This document shows positions 27,806 through 36,093 of a stretch of 64,000 nt of DNA, piece by piece; within the stretch, counting starts at the first letter, position 1, and every line of letters begins with the position of its first letter. The notes beneath the pieces were generated by a model. That model did not search any database and was not told where the DNA came from. It saw only the letters and a list, made by a program, of their open reading frames with translations. Origin of the DNA: a virus (lineage: Duplodnaviria > Caudoviricetes); the IMG/VR virus record IMGVR_UViG_2602041781_000001, positions 1,767 through 65,766 of that record; one strand, written 5' to 3'. The position numbers and the translations under genes were made by a program.

Positions 27806-28147
27806 ATGGCCGCAACGAACGCCGACAAGATCGCGATTGCCGAGTACATCGCCAGCCGCGGGAACAAGATCACCCCGCACAATGGCGACCCGGCGGCGAC
27901 CGGCGCGAACCGCATCGGCACGCTGGAAGGCAACACCACCTGGGGCTCCGGCGCGATGGACTCCGCGGTCGCACAGGTCCTCGGCAGCGCGGTCCCCTTT
28001 ACGATCCCGGGCAACACCAACGTGACGCACTACGGGATCTGGAACGGGACCACCTTCCTTCGCGGGTACCCGCTGGACAACCCCATCACGATCGGTGCGT
28101 CGGCCACCTCGGTCGACATCACCCCGAAGATCCGATACACGAGCTGA
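27806..28147 (+). CDS. small minor tail protein
   Basis: AAGGAG RBS; H.GDP..TGAN, VTHYGIW..TTFL motifs. Confidence 0.8.
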   Translation: MAATNADKIAIAEYIASRGNKITPHNGDPAATGANRIGTLEGNTTWGSGAMDSAVAQVLGSAVPFTIPGNTNVTHYGIWNGTTFLRGYPLDNPITIGASATSVDITPKIRYTS

Positions 28148-28199
28148 GTTTCGACCAGCGGTCATCGCCGGTGCTACCGTCGGGGCACCGGGAGAGGGA

Positions 28200-28838
28200 G
28201 TGAAGATGGCCGCTGGCGACGTCGTACTGAAGTTCGACCATGTGATCATCCCGCAGGAGCGCTATTACTGGTGCGGACCTGCGACGATGCAAGTGTTGCT
28301 GTCGATTCGAGGCATCAAGGTCACCGAGAAGTACATGGCTGACCAGCTCGGGACCACCGAGAATGGCACCGACACCATCCTCTACCTCACCCGCGAGCTG
28401 AACGAGCGCCTCGGCGACATCTACCGGACCGTGCAGGTCCCGGGAGCCGGAAATCTCGACCAGTTCCGCGAGCACGTCTTCCACTCGATCGACGCAGGGT
28501 ACGGCGTCGGCGGCAATATCATGGTGCCCCCGGCCAACTACCCGCGACCGCAGCGAGGGGAGCGCGCGCAGTACAGCGGCGGGTGGGTCTACCACTACTG
28601 GTCGATCGTCGGGAAGAACGAGCGTCTCGATCAGATGGCGATCGCCGACAGCGGGTTCCCCGACTTCTACTACTGGGTCACCAGCGAACAGGCGCTCTCG
28701 ATGATTTCCGGCAAGGGGTACACCTGGGCCGCGAATGCGAAGGTCGCCGACGACTTCCTCGGGTCCCTGTCCGACGCCGACCAGCGTCGCGTGCTCGCCG
28801 CCGCGATCCAGGTCTCCGAGCCCCACCGAGGAGCATGA
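28200..28838 (+). CDS. lysin A, C39-like cysteine peptidase subunit
   Basis: QE.YYWCGPAT, YHYWSIVG, IADSGF (Cys-His-Asp); GGAGAGG RBS. Confidence 0.85.
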   Translation: MKMAAGDVVLKFDHVIIPQERYYWCGPATMQVLLSIRGIKVTEKYMADQLGTTENGTDTILYLTRELNERLGDIYRTVQVPGAGNLDQFREHVFHSIDAGYGVGGNIMVPPANYPRPQRGERAQYSGGWVYHYWSIVGKNERLDQMAIADSGFPDFYYWVTSEQALSMISGKGYTWAANAKVADDFLGSLSDADQRRVLAAAIQVSEPHRGA

Positions 28839-29860
28839 TGGACGCCATCACCTTGCGTCAGGCGCTCATGCCGACGACGAAGATGACCGATGACCTGCGA
28901 CCCTTCGTTCCCTACGTCGAGAACGCGATGGAGATCGCCGGAGTCAACACCGTCCGGCGGGCCGCGGCGTGGTTCGCGACCATCGGCGAGGAGACGGGTG
29001 GGTTCGCCAACTTCGTCGAGCTGTGGGGTCCGACCGCGCAGCAACGAGGGTACGAAGGCCGGGCCGACCTCGGGAACACCGTCAACGGAGACGGCTACCG
29101 CTTCCGCGGTCGAGGGGCCATCCAGCTCACCGGCCGCAACAACTATCGCGAGTTCGGAAAGTGGTGTGTCGCAAGAGGTCTCGTCGATGACCCCGAGCAC
29201 TTCACGAAGAATCCGGACCTCGTCGCGACCCCGCGGTGGGGGTTCCTGGCCGCGGCGAAATACTGGTCGACGACCTCGCGCAAGGGGAAGACGATCAACG
29301 AGTGGGCCGACGCCGGGGACATCCTGGCCGTCAGCCGATGCGTCAACGGCTGGGTCGACGGGGTCATGCCCTGGGGATGGCCCGGGCGACAGCAGCGTTA
29401 CAAGACATGTCTCGCGCTCGGCGAGGCGATCCTACCGGGAGGTTTTCTCATGGCACTCGACGACAAGGCTCAGGGGACCATCCTCGGCGCCGCGATCCAG
29501 ACCGGCGACGCGCAGGTCACCGACGTCGAGAAGGGTGTGATCGGGCCACGGCCGCAGCGGCACACCCAGTTCTACAACGTCGACGGTAATCCGTCGCTCG
29601 CGGCCAAGGGCAAGAAGCTCGCCTACCTGCGCGCGATGGTCATGGACCTCTGGAACGAGCTGGTCTACGACGGCTACGTCGCCGACATCGAGGACCCGGC
29701 GCTCGACGACAAGCGCTACGGCTCGCCGGTGCGATTCATCACCGCGATCCACAAGAACGTCCGCCAGTCCTTCCTCCTGATCAAGGCGATCGCGGAGAAG
29801 GTCGGCGTGGACACCAAGGCCGTGCTCGAACCGGCCCCAACCATCGAGGAGAAGAAGTGA
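28835..29860 (+). CDS. lysin A, GH19 glycoside hydrolase plus C-terminal domain
   Basis: A.IGEETGG, YEGRADLGNT..GDGYRFRGRG.IQLTGRNNY, VNG motifs. Confidence 0.9.
   Translation: MMDAITLRQALMPTTKMTDDLRPFVPYVENAMEIAGVNTVRRAAAWFATIGEETGGFANFVELWGPTAQQRGYEGRADLGNTVNGDGYRFRGRGAIQLTGRNNYREFGKWCVARGLVDDPEHFTKNPDLVATPRWGFLAAAKYWSTTSRKGKTINEWADAGDILAVSRCVNGWVDGVMPWGWPGRQQRYKTCLALGEAILPGGFLMALDDKAQGTILGAAIQTGDAQVTDVEKGVIGPRPQRHTQFYNVDGNPSLAAKGKKLAYLRAMVMDLWNELVYDGYVADIEDPALDDKRYGSPVRFITAIHKNVRQSFLLIKAIAEKVGVDTKAVLEPAPTIEEKK
29450..29860 (+). CDS. putative in-frame internal product (136-aa C-terminal domain) of the GH19 lysin
   Basis: GGAGG 29438-29442, 7-nt spacer, in-frame ATG 29450 at the domain boundary. 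Confidence 0.6.
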   Translation: MALDDKAQGTILGAAIQTGDAQVTDVEKGVIGPRPQRHTQFYNVDGNPSLAAKGKKLAYLRAMVMDLWNELVYDGYVADIEDPALDDKRYGSPVRFITAIHKNVRQSFLLIKAIAEKVGVDTKAVLEPAPTIEEKK

Positions 29861-30171
29861 CTCTGCCCAACGTGCCCGACGTCCCATCGAGCATCGTCAT
29901 CGACGAACTCCGGGCCACCCTGGAGCGCCAGCCGTGGTACAAACGGTTCGCCAACACCGTCACCACCGCGGTCGGCGTGCTGTCCCTGGTCATCTGGACC
30001 CTGGCGGCCAACGGTTTCGATCTCTCCGACGCATGGAAGAACGGGATCGGCGCCGCGCTGGCCGTCCTGACCGTGCTCGGCGTGCTTCGGACCCCCAACG
30101 GCGTCACTCCGCGCGGGGTGGCCACCGTCCAGGTCGCCGCCGTGGCCGCGGGTCGTCATCGACAGGAGTAA
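29857..30171 (+). CDS. holin
   Basis: Two TM segments; QPWYKRFANTVT and TPNGVT motifs; follows lysin. Confidence 0.8.
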   Translation: MTLPNVPDVPSSIVIDELRATLERQPWYKRFANTVTTAVGVLSLVIWTLAANGFDLSDAWKNGIGAALAVLTVLGVLRTPNGVTPRGVATVQVAAVAAGRHRQE

Positions 30172-30175
30172 TCGA

Positions 30176-30685
30176 GTGCTCGATCGCCTGAAGACCCTCC
30201 TCCCCGAGAAGGGGAGTTGGGTTCCGCTGATCCCGATGCCGATCCGGATGGTCATCCTGATCCTTTGGGCGATCGAGCCTATCTCGCGAGGACTCGACTA
30301 CATCACCGGCGACGCTCCGAACGTCACCCAGTCGCTCAACGCGGTCGAGGGGGCGCTTCCCCTCCAGGCATGGGGCGCCTTTTGTCTCACCGCTGGCGTG
30401 CTCATCCTGGCCGGATTCGCCGGACGATGGAAACGAATCGCCGTGACCGGCCTGCACATTGCTGGGGCGACGTACTTCTGCCTGGCCGTCGGTCTGACCG
30501 ACACCGCTATCGAACGAGGTGGCGACGGCTTTCGCACCCCGGTGATGTTCTTCATCTTCGCGCTCACATACTGGTGTGCCGCGTTCGGATATGCTCTGAT
30601 CCGACGCGAGCAAGTGGTCGTTGTCACCGACGATGACCCGGAAGACGCGAAGGTGCCCGATGGAACTGCCGATCCCCACCACTGA
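30176..30685 (+). CDS. membrane protein (about 4 TM), lysis cassette
   Basis: Four hydrophobic segments; RGLDY motif. Confidence 0.75.
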   Translation: MLDRLKTLLPEKGSWVPLIPMPIRMVILILWAIEPISRGLDYITGDAPNVTQSLNAVEGALPLQAWGAFCLTAGVLILAGFAGRWKRIAVTGLHIAGATYFCLAVGLTDTAIERGGDGFRTPVMFFIFALTYWCAAFGYALIRREQVVVVTDDDPEDAKVPDGTADPHH

Positions 30686-31082
30686 CAACTTCTGGCTCAC
30701 CCTCCTCGTCTTCGTCCTGTTCGGATCGCCTGCTCTGTTCTCGAAGGGTATGGCCAAGGTCCCGGGATTCCTCGGCGCCGGAGCCCGGTGGTGGCAGCGC
30801 CGATCCGAAGGCAGCTCCTCGGCCGCTCGGGTGGTCACCGCAGCCAACCTCGATCGCATCATCGACGAGCGGGTGACCGAGAAGGTCGGCCACATCGAGA
30901 AGGAGATCGAGGAGCTTCGCGAAGACGTCGACGAGTACGCCGAGTACCTCACCTACGACGCAGGCTGGCACCGAAACATCAACATCTTCGCAGCTCAGGC
31001 GGGCTTCGACTTTCCGCCGCCGCCGCACATGACCTTCACCCAGTGGCGGGACCGCAAGCGCGCGGCCATGATCGGCGACTAG
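30660..31082 (+). CDS. membrane protein (1 TM plus coiled coil), lysis cassette
   Basis: N-terminal TM; IEKEIEELREDV helix. Confidence 0.75.
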   Translation: MELPIPTTDNFWLTLLVFVLFGSPALFSKGMAKVPGFLGAGARWWQRRSEGSSSAARVVTAANLDRIIDERVTEKVGHIEKEIEELREDVDEYAEYLTYDAGWHRNINIFAAQAGFDFPPPPHMTFTQWRDRKRAAMIGD

Positions 31083-33640
31083 GCCGACCCGCCGGACAGA
31101 CGGAAGCCGGTGAAGATCGTCTCCGAGGTCACCTTGCCCGCTCGCCGGACGGTGGCCTTCTTCGTGGCGTAGCCGTTCTCCCGCATCCGCGAGTAGAACT
31201 CCCGGCGGGTGAGGGGGTCGGCCTCCTCGCGCTTGGCCCACTGCCGGTACAGCTCGAAGACCTTCAGCGCGACGACCTTGCCGTCGTCGTCGTCGGTCAG
31301 CATCTCCGCGGTGAACATCTGGAACGTCGACGTCCCGGCGATGAACATGGCTCGGCGCTTGGTCACCTCGGTGGGTAGCGCGGTGTCGAGACCCTCCAGC
31401 AGGTAGTCCAGGAGGCCGTCGACGAGCCACGAGAGCACCGCGCGCAACGCCTCGGGCACCTCACGGATCGGCGTCACGTCGGCGTTGGAAAGCGGCACCT
31501 GGCGGTCGAAGGGGAGCACGAGCAGACGGCGCCAGAGCGCGGCGTCGCCGTCCTCGATCGTCGGCATGGAGTTGGTCGCGATGATCGGGGTGAACATTGG
31601 GGTTCGCTGCACCATCACGTTGCTGTAGAGCGCGCGAGCGGTCACGGAGTCACCGCCGGTAAGGCGCTTGATGACGTCGGAGTGCAGCCGGTTGCGCTGG
31701 CCGACCTCGCTAGCGAACACCACCCGGCGGGGGAAGGCGGCAATGATCTCGGGCATCGGCCCGGCCTCGCGCTTCTGCCGGAACAGTCCGTTGATGTCAA
31801 TCGAGCCCGCGTAGTCGCCAAGCGCGGCCTGGCACGCCTCGATGATTGTCGTCTTGCCGGTCGACGTCCCTCCCTGGAGGAAGATGATGCGGCGCTGTGG
31901 GTTTCCGCCCATGAAGGCGTAGCCGAAGACCTTGCGCACGTACCGGCGGTATTCGCGATCGGGGAGGAACGTGTTCAGGTAGCTCTCCCACAGCGGGTGG
32001 GTGTAATTGGGCTCGTAGGCGACCGGGGTGTGCTGGAGAATGAGGTCTTCGGGCTTGCCCTTCCGGCACAGCGAGTCGTACTCGGCGATCCCGTTGCTCG
32101 CGGTGTTCAGGTCGAGCACGCCGTTGCCGACACCCCAGGTGAGTCGGTTGGTGTCGAAGTCCGCCGGGTCGATGGGGTTCTTCGAGAGCACGTGCGCCAT
32201 CGACATCGAGTGCTCGATCTTCATCCGGTTCCCGGCTTCGGTCGCGCGCTTCTCGTAGGCTCTGGCGGCCTTGAAGGTGTCCTCGGCCTCCGACATACCC
32301 TGCTCCTCCTGAAGCTCGCCGGTGTGCCAGCAGGCCTCCGCGGCGGCGCGTAGCGATGCCTGGACGGACCGAGACCACAGCAGACCGTAGGTCTCGGCCT
32401 TCGAGAGCTTGACCAGACGACCGATCTCGTCGTCCCACCAGGCCCACTCGTCGGACCCGCCGCGGATCGGCCGGATGGAGTCGCCGAGCGCGTCGAGGAA
32501 CATGTGAGCGCGGCCGGAGTCGCTGTCTTCGTACTCCGTCGCGTCGACGATCGTGTTCCGGCGCTCGATCCAGTGCTTCAGCGTTTTCTCGCGGAACACC
32601 TCGATGTCGATCTCGCCGTCGGCCGCGGTGTACCCGCCGACGGTGGAGATCCGGACCAGGCCGTTGGCGATGTCGTCGCGGAGCTTCGAGACCTCCCCGC
32701 ACAGCGCGCGCCGCCACTCCAACTTTGCGCTGGTCAGGTCGCGCCGGGCCTCGCCGTCGACGGCACCGAGGGTCTCCTCGAAGAAGGCCTTGCGCACCCG
32801 GTTGATGCCGGTCTCCAGACCGTGATGACCCTCGGCCGCGAGCTGCACGATCTCGTGCAGACGGGCGATCATCATGTCGTGCGCACCGACGGTCATCTGG
32901 TCGGCGAGCTTGCCGGGGTCCGACGCGCGGTCCATCTGGCCGGACGGGGCCTCGGTGTACCCCGGGATCTCGTCCTTCAGCCAGGAGAAGGCCAGATCGA
33001 TGTCGTTGATCTCGTCGAGGATGACCCGGTTCTCCCCGGCGGGACCCTTGTACATCGCCTCGCGCCAGGCCTCGGGGAGGTGTGGTAGGTCGGCGACGGC
33101 CGGAGGTTCACAGGGGATGTCGTCGTTGTCGTACCAGCGGTAGTGCCTCGGCGGGTCGACTTTGCCCTTGTCCCAGGTCACCACCGACGGCCAGACGACG
33201 GCGTATCGGTGAGTCCGCTGGATGATCTCGATGTCCGGCCCGGGCTTGCCGACCCACTTCGCACCGGCGGGCACGAGGAAGAAGCGGATGCCGGAGGGGT
33301 TCTCGGGGTCGCGCGACGTCGATCGCCACGTGCTCGGCAGCGGGCCGTACTGCTCGACCAGGGTGTCGAGGGTCTCGGCGCCGGTCTTGCTGTCGTACTG
33401 GTCGACGTCGATGCCGATGACCTCGAACTCGTCGCCGTCGATCTTCACGACCGGCATCCGGACGCCGAGGTTGCTCTCGGGGATCTCCTCGCACCAGTTC
33501 TCGATGTCGATCGCCGAGACGTAGGGCTTGTTCCCGGTGGTGTCGTCCGGCGGGGTTGACTTCAGCCCCTCGGGGATCGGGAGCGGCGAGTGCCAGCCCT
33601 GGCGCAGGTACAGACCGGCATGGTCACCGAAGATCGTCAC
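31079..33640 (-). CDS. DNA primase/polymerase fused to D5-like SF3 helicase
   Basis: Prim-Pol IDVD motif; GGTSTGKTT Walker A, FASE Walker B, IKRLTGGD, ATN..P...DAALWRR; GTG 33640 after AAGGAG. Confidence 0.92.
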   Translation of the reverse strand: MTIFGDHAGLYLRQGWHSPLPIPEGLKSTPPDDTTGNKPYVSAIDIENWCEEIPESNLGVRMPVVKIDGDEFEVIGIDVDQYDSKTGAETLDTLVEQYGPLPSTWRSTSRDPENPSGIRFFLVPAGAKWVGKPGPDIEIIQRTHRYAVVWPSVVTWDKGKVDPPRHYRWYDNDDIPCEPPAVADLPHLPEAWREAMYKGPAGENRVILDEINDIDLAFSWLKDEIPGYTEAPSGQMDRASDPGKLADQMTVGAHDMMIARLHEIVQLAAEGHHGLETGINRVRKAFFEETLGAVDGEARRDLTSAKLEWRRALCGEVSKLRDDIANGLVRISTVGGYTAADGEIDIEVFREKTLKHWIERRNTIVDATEYEDSDSGRAHMFLDALGDSIRPIRGGSDEWAWWDDEIGRLVKLSKAETYGLLWSRSVQASLRAAAEACWHTGELQEEQGMSEAEDTFKAARAYEKRATEAGNRMKIEHSMSMAHVLSKNPIDPADFDTNRLTWGVGNGVLDLNTASNGIAEYDSLCRKGKPEDLILQHTPVAYEPNYTHPLWESYLNTFLPDREYRRYVRKVFGYAFMGGNPQRRIIFLQGGTSTGKTTIIEACQAALGDYAGSIDINGLFRQKREAGPMPEIIAAFPRRVVFASEVGQRNRLHSDVIKRLTGGDSVTARALYSNVMVQRTPMFTPIIATNSMPTIEDGDAALWRRLLVLPFDRQVPLSNADVTPIREVPEALRAVLSWLVDGLLDYLLEGLDTALPTEVTKRRAMFIAGTSTFQMFTAEMLTDDDDGKVVALKVFELYRQWAKREEADPLTRREFYSRMRENGYATKKATVRRAGKVTSETIFTGFRLSGGSA

Positions 33641-34050
33641 ATCATCTCCTTGAAATCCTTTGTCGCAACGAGGATTGACTCCGGTCGCTCGAAGTGAATC
33701 CCGCATCCCGGACAGAGGAAGGGGTAGTTCAGATAGTCCCGGAAGTAGCTCACGTGAGCGTCGCACAGCACGATCTGATTGACCAGCAGCCCGTCGGCGA
33801 AGACGTAGTCCGTGATCGATCGGTTGCTGTGGATAATGAGCTTGCGAGGGTCATTCCAGCAGGGGCACAGCCGCACCGCGTAGAGGGTGCTGCCGGTGTT
33901 CTGACACCCCTTGGGGTGGTGCTCGGACGGCCAGAGTTCATCCGGCAGTTCGTTGTTCGTCTCCCGGGTGGTCCACAGCATCCGACGGACCTCGCACTTC
34001 AGGCCCTTGGGCTGGAACTCCAGCTCCGAGAGAACCTTGTCGATGTCCAC
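33637..34050 (-). CDS. hypothetical Cys-rich protein
   Basis: CPC, LCDAH, CPGC; start GTG 34050 inferred. Confidence 0.65.
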   Translation of the reverse strand: MDIDKVLSELEFQPKGLKCEVRRMLWTTRETNNELPDELWPSEHHPKGCQNTGSTLYAVRLCPCWNDPRKLIIHSNRSITDYVFADGLLVNQIVLCDAHVSYFRDYLNYPFLCPGCGIHFERPESILVATKDFKEMM

Positions 34051-34360
34051 GAGAGAGCCCTTCGTTCCGAATGATGAGTTCGCCGCCGTAGATTCCCTCG
34101 GCACGAGGATCGCTGAGAGCGGCGGCCAGGCAGGCGAGGCGTTCGGGGCAGGCCCGGCACACCGTCTTCGCGGCCTCGTGCCGGTCCGCTCGCGCGACCG
34201 AACTCTCTCCCTTTGCGTTCTTCTCCCCGCCGCCGTCGAGTTCGGCGTCCCAGAGCCACACCCCCTGGAATCGATCGGCGCAGCACAGCGCGCGGCGCCA
34301 ATCGACTGCCCGTTGCGCGGGGGACAACGGGAATAGGAGAAGGGGTCCGGCCTGACTCAC
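33938..34360 (-). CDS. whiB: WhiB family transcription factor
   Basis: W...ALC...AAK.VC.ACP....CL..AL.....GIYGG. Confidence 0.85.
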   Translation of the reverse strand: MSQAGPLLLFPLSPAQRAVDWRRALCCADRFQGVWLWDAELDGGGEKNAKGESSVARADRHEAAKTVCRACPERLACLAAALSDPRAEGIYGGELIIRNEGLSRGHRQGSLGAGVPAQGPEVRGPSDAVDHPGDEQRTAG

Positions 34361-34638
34361 TGCTGCTTCAGGGTCCGTTCCGTGGCGGCGATGATGTTCT
34401 GCCGCACCACTTCTGGGTTGAAATACACCAGCACGCCTTGCATCTCCAGACGCTCAGCGATCAGGCGCATCATGTTCTCGTTCGAGACCCCGGTCTCGGG
34501 GTCCCAGTCGTCGTCGAGGCGCTTGACAGGGTGGACCCTCTCCCCCATCTGGAGCTTGCCAGCCTCGTAGTCGTTGGTGATCGACCCGATGGTCGCGACG
34601 AGACGCTCGGCCAGCTCCATCGGCTCCAGGCGCCTCAT
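34357..34638 (-). CDS. hypothetical protein
   Basis: 93 aa, coupled on both sides. Confidence 0.7.
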   Translation of the reverse strand: MRRLEPMELAERLVATIGSITNDYEAGKLQMGERVHPVKRLDDDWDPETGVSNENMMRLIAERLEMQGVLVYFNPEVVRQNIIAATERTLKQQ

Positions 34639-35093
34639 GCGCTCACGACCTGGCTGTCGGCCAGAGCCTCGATGCTCTGGCGGTAGTACCGGACCTGCTT
34701 CGGCCCAAGCGGTCGGGTGCCGACGATCTTGCCCTCGCGCTCCCACCGGCGCAGCGTCGGTCGGGACACACCCAGCTCCATCGCGGCGGTGTTGGCGTCG
34801 ACGGTCTCGCGGAGCACCTGCCGCAGCTTGCCCGACTTGTCTGGGTCGATCTCGACCGGCTTGTCCTCCCACCGGGTGTTCTCCCGGCGTCGCGACAGTT
34901 CGCTGACGATCTGGTCGTGGTTGTCGAGGATCTGATCGAGGTAGACCCGGCGGTGGTTGCCGCTGGTCTGCGCGATCCGAAGACTCTTCATCCCCTCGAT
35001 GACAGCCCGACGCAGGGTATAGTCGTGAACCCCGATCACCTCGGCGGCCTGCTCCAGACTGATGAGCACACCTCGGTTCTTCGTTCGCGCCAT
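34635..35093 (-). CDS. DNA-binding protein with two MerR/excisionase-like HTH domains
   Basis: QAAEVIGVHDYTLRR...GNHRRV and AAMELGVSRPTLRRWEREGKI...QVRY; GAGGGAG RBS. Confidence 0.85.
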   Translation of the reverse strand: MARTKNRGVLISLEQAAEVIGVHDYTLRRAVIEGMKSLRIAQTSGNHRRVYLDQILDNHDQIVSELSRRRENTRWEDKPVEIDPDKSGKLRQVLRETVDANTAAMELGVSRPTLRRWEREGKIVGTRPLGPKQVRYYRQSIEALADSQVVSA

Positions 35094-35113
35094 GACTCCC
35101 TCTTCTCGCTTGT

Positions 35114-35860
35114 TCAAGTTGACCTCAACCCTAGCATATCCCGCTTGTTCGCTTCGGCGAGCAGGGGCCACGCCTTGAAGATCTTCGTGCGTTGCTCACG
35201 CACCTTACGGACGAACAGCAGCGCGTGTCGGTCGGCGTCTCGCGCGTGTCGGCCGCCCGGCACCCACATGTCCCAGAGCTTCAGTCGCTCATCGGTGATG
35301 GCGGTCTTGGCCTCGCTCGGCTGCTGGCGGGTGATCGGGTAGGGAACGTTCTTCCCCTCCCACAGCAGGTAGTCGAGGATCGCGGTGATGCGCACCGGCG
35401 AGAGCGCGTCCCGCTTCTGGTTCTGGGTGCGCAGGATGAAGTCTTCGACCACGACGGTGCAGTTCAGCGCCTTAGCGTGCCGTTCGACGAGCTTCTCGCA
35501 CAGGTGCGCACCGGCGGCCTCGCCCTCCTCCGAGGCGCTCAGGTCGTACTGGGACGCCGCGGAACCGAGCTGACCCGACGCCGCACCGCAGTCGATCTCG
35601 CCGTGCCACCAGTCGGTGATGACCTCGTGAGCCCGGACGGTTTTGTCGAACAGACGTTCGACGTCGAGGGTGAAGACCGACCAGCCGGTCGTCCCGCCGG
35701 GATCGAAGGCCACGACGCTCACGCCGCGCTCCATCCGGCGCGCAATCATCGCGTCACTCAGCGCGGGCAGGCGCTTCTCCAGCGGGTCCGGGTATCCCTC
35801 GTCGGCGTGGAAGATGGCCCGCCGGTCGAACCAGTGCTCGGGGGTGTCGTGCGGCTTCAT
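35114..35860 (-). CDS. RuvC-like Holliday junction resolvase
   Basis: VAFDPGGTTGW, VVVEDF, HARDA motifs. Confidence 0.8.
   Translation of the reverse strand: MKPHDTPEHWFDRRAIFHADEGYPDPLEKRLPALSDAMIARRMERGVSVVAFDPGGTTGWSVFTLDVERLFDKTVRAHEVITDWWHGEIDCGAASGQLGSAASQYDLSASEEGEAAGAHLCEKLVERHAKALNCTVVVEDFILRTQNQKRDALSPVRITAILDYLLWEGKNVPYPITRQQPSEAKTAITDERLKLWDMWVPGGRHARDADRHALLFVRKVREQRTKIFKAWPLLAEANKRDMLGLRST
35119..35140 (-). promoter_or_regulatory. extended -10 plus operator variant upstream of the HTH gene
   Basis: Minus strand ATATGCTAGGGTTGAGGTCAAC, near-identical to ATATGGTAGGGTTGACGTCAAC at about 42233-42254. Confidence 0.65.
35646..35661. promoter_or_regulatory. LexA (SOS) box, perfect, intragenic
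   Basis: TCGAAC AGAC GTTCGA. Confidence 0.55.
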
Positions 35861-36093
35861 CAGACACTCACCGCCGTGACCCGAGCCTGTTGCTCGTAGG
35901 CGGGTCCGTCGATGTCCCACTCGACACCGACGACCTTCCAGAGGTTGCCGTACCGCCGAAGATGCTCGCCGATCATCGGGACTCGGAAGCCGATCCCGAC
36001 GTAGTCGTATCGGGCCATAGACGATGAGAGTGGAACCCCTTCGTCGTCGACAAACTGGTAGTGGACAACAACTTTCGGCTGATTCTGGATCAC
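35860..36093 (-). CDS. hypothetical protein
   Basis: GTG 36093 after GGAGG, coupled to dnaE stop. Confidence 0.65.
   Translation of the reverse strand: MIQNQPKVVVHYQFVDDEGVPLSSSMARYDYVGIGFRVPMIGEHLRRYGNLWKVVGVEWDIDGPAYEQQARVTAVSV

Noticed and set aside
34635-35093. Excisionase or lysogeny module
   Set aside because: No integrase, attP-like core or parAB found in the window; better read as a transcription regulator. The part of the genome outside the window is unseen.
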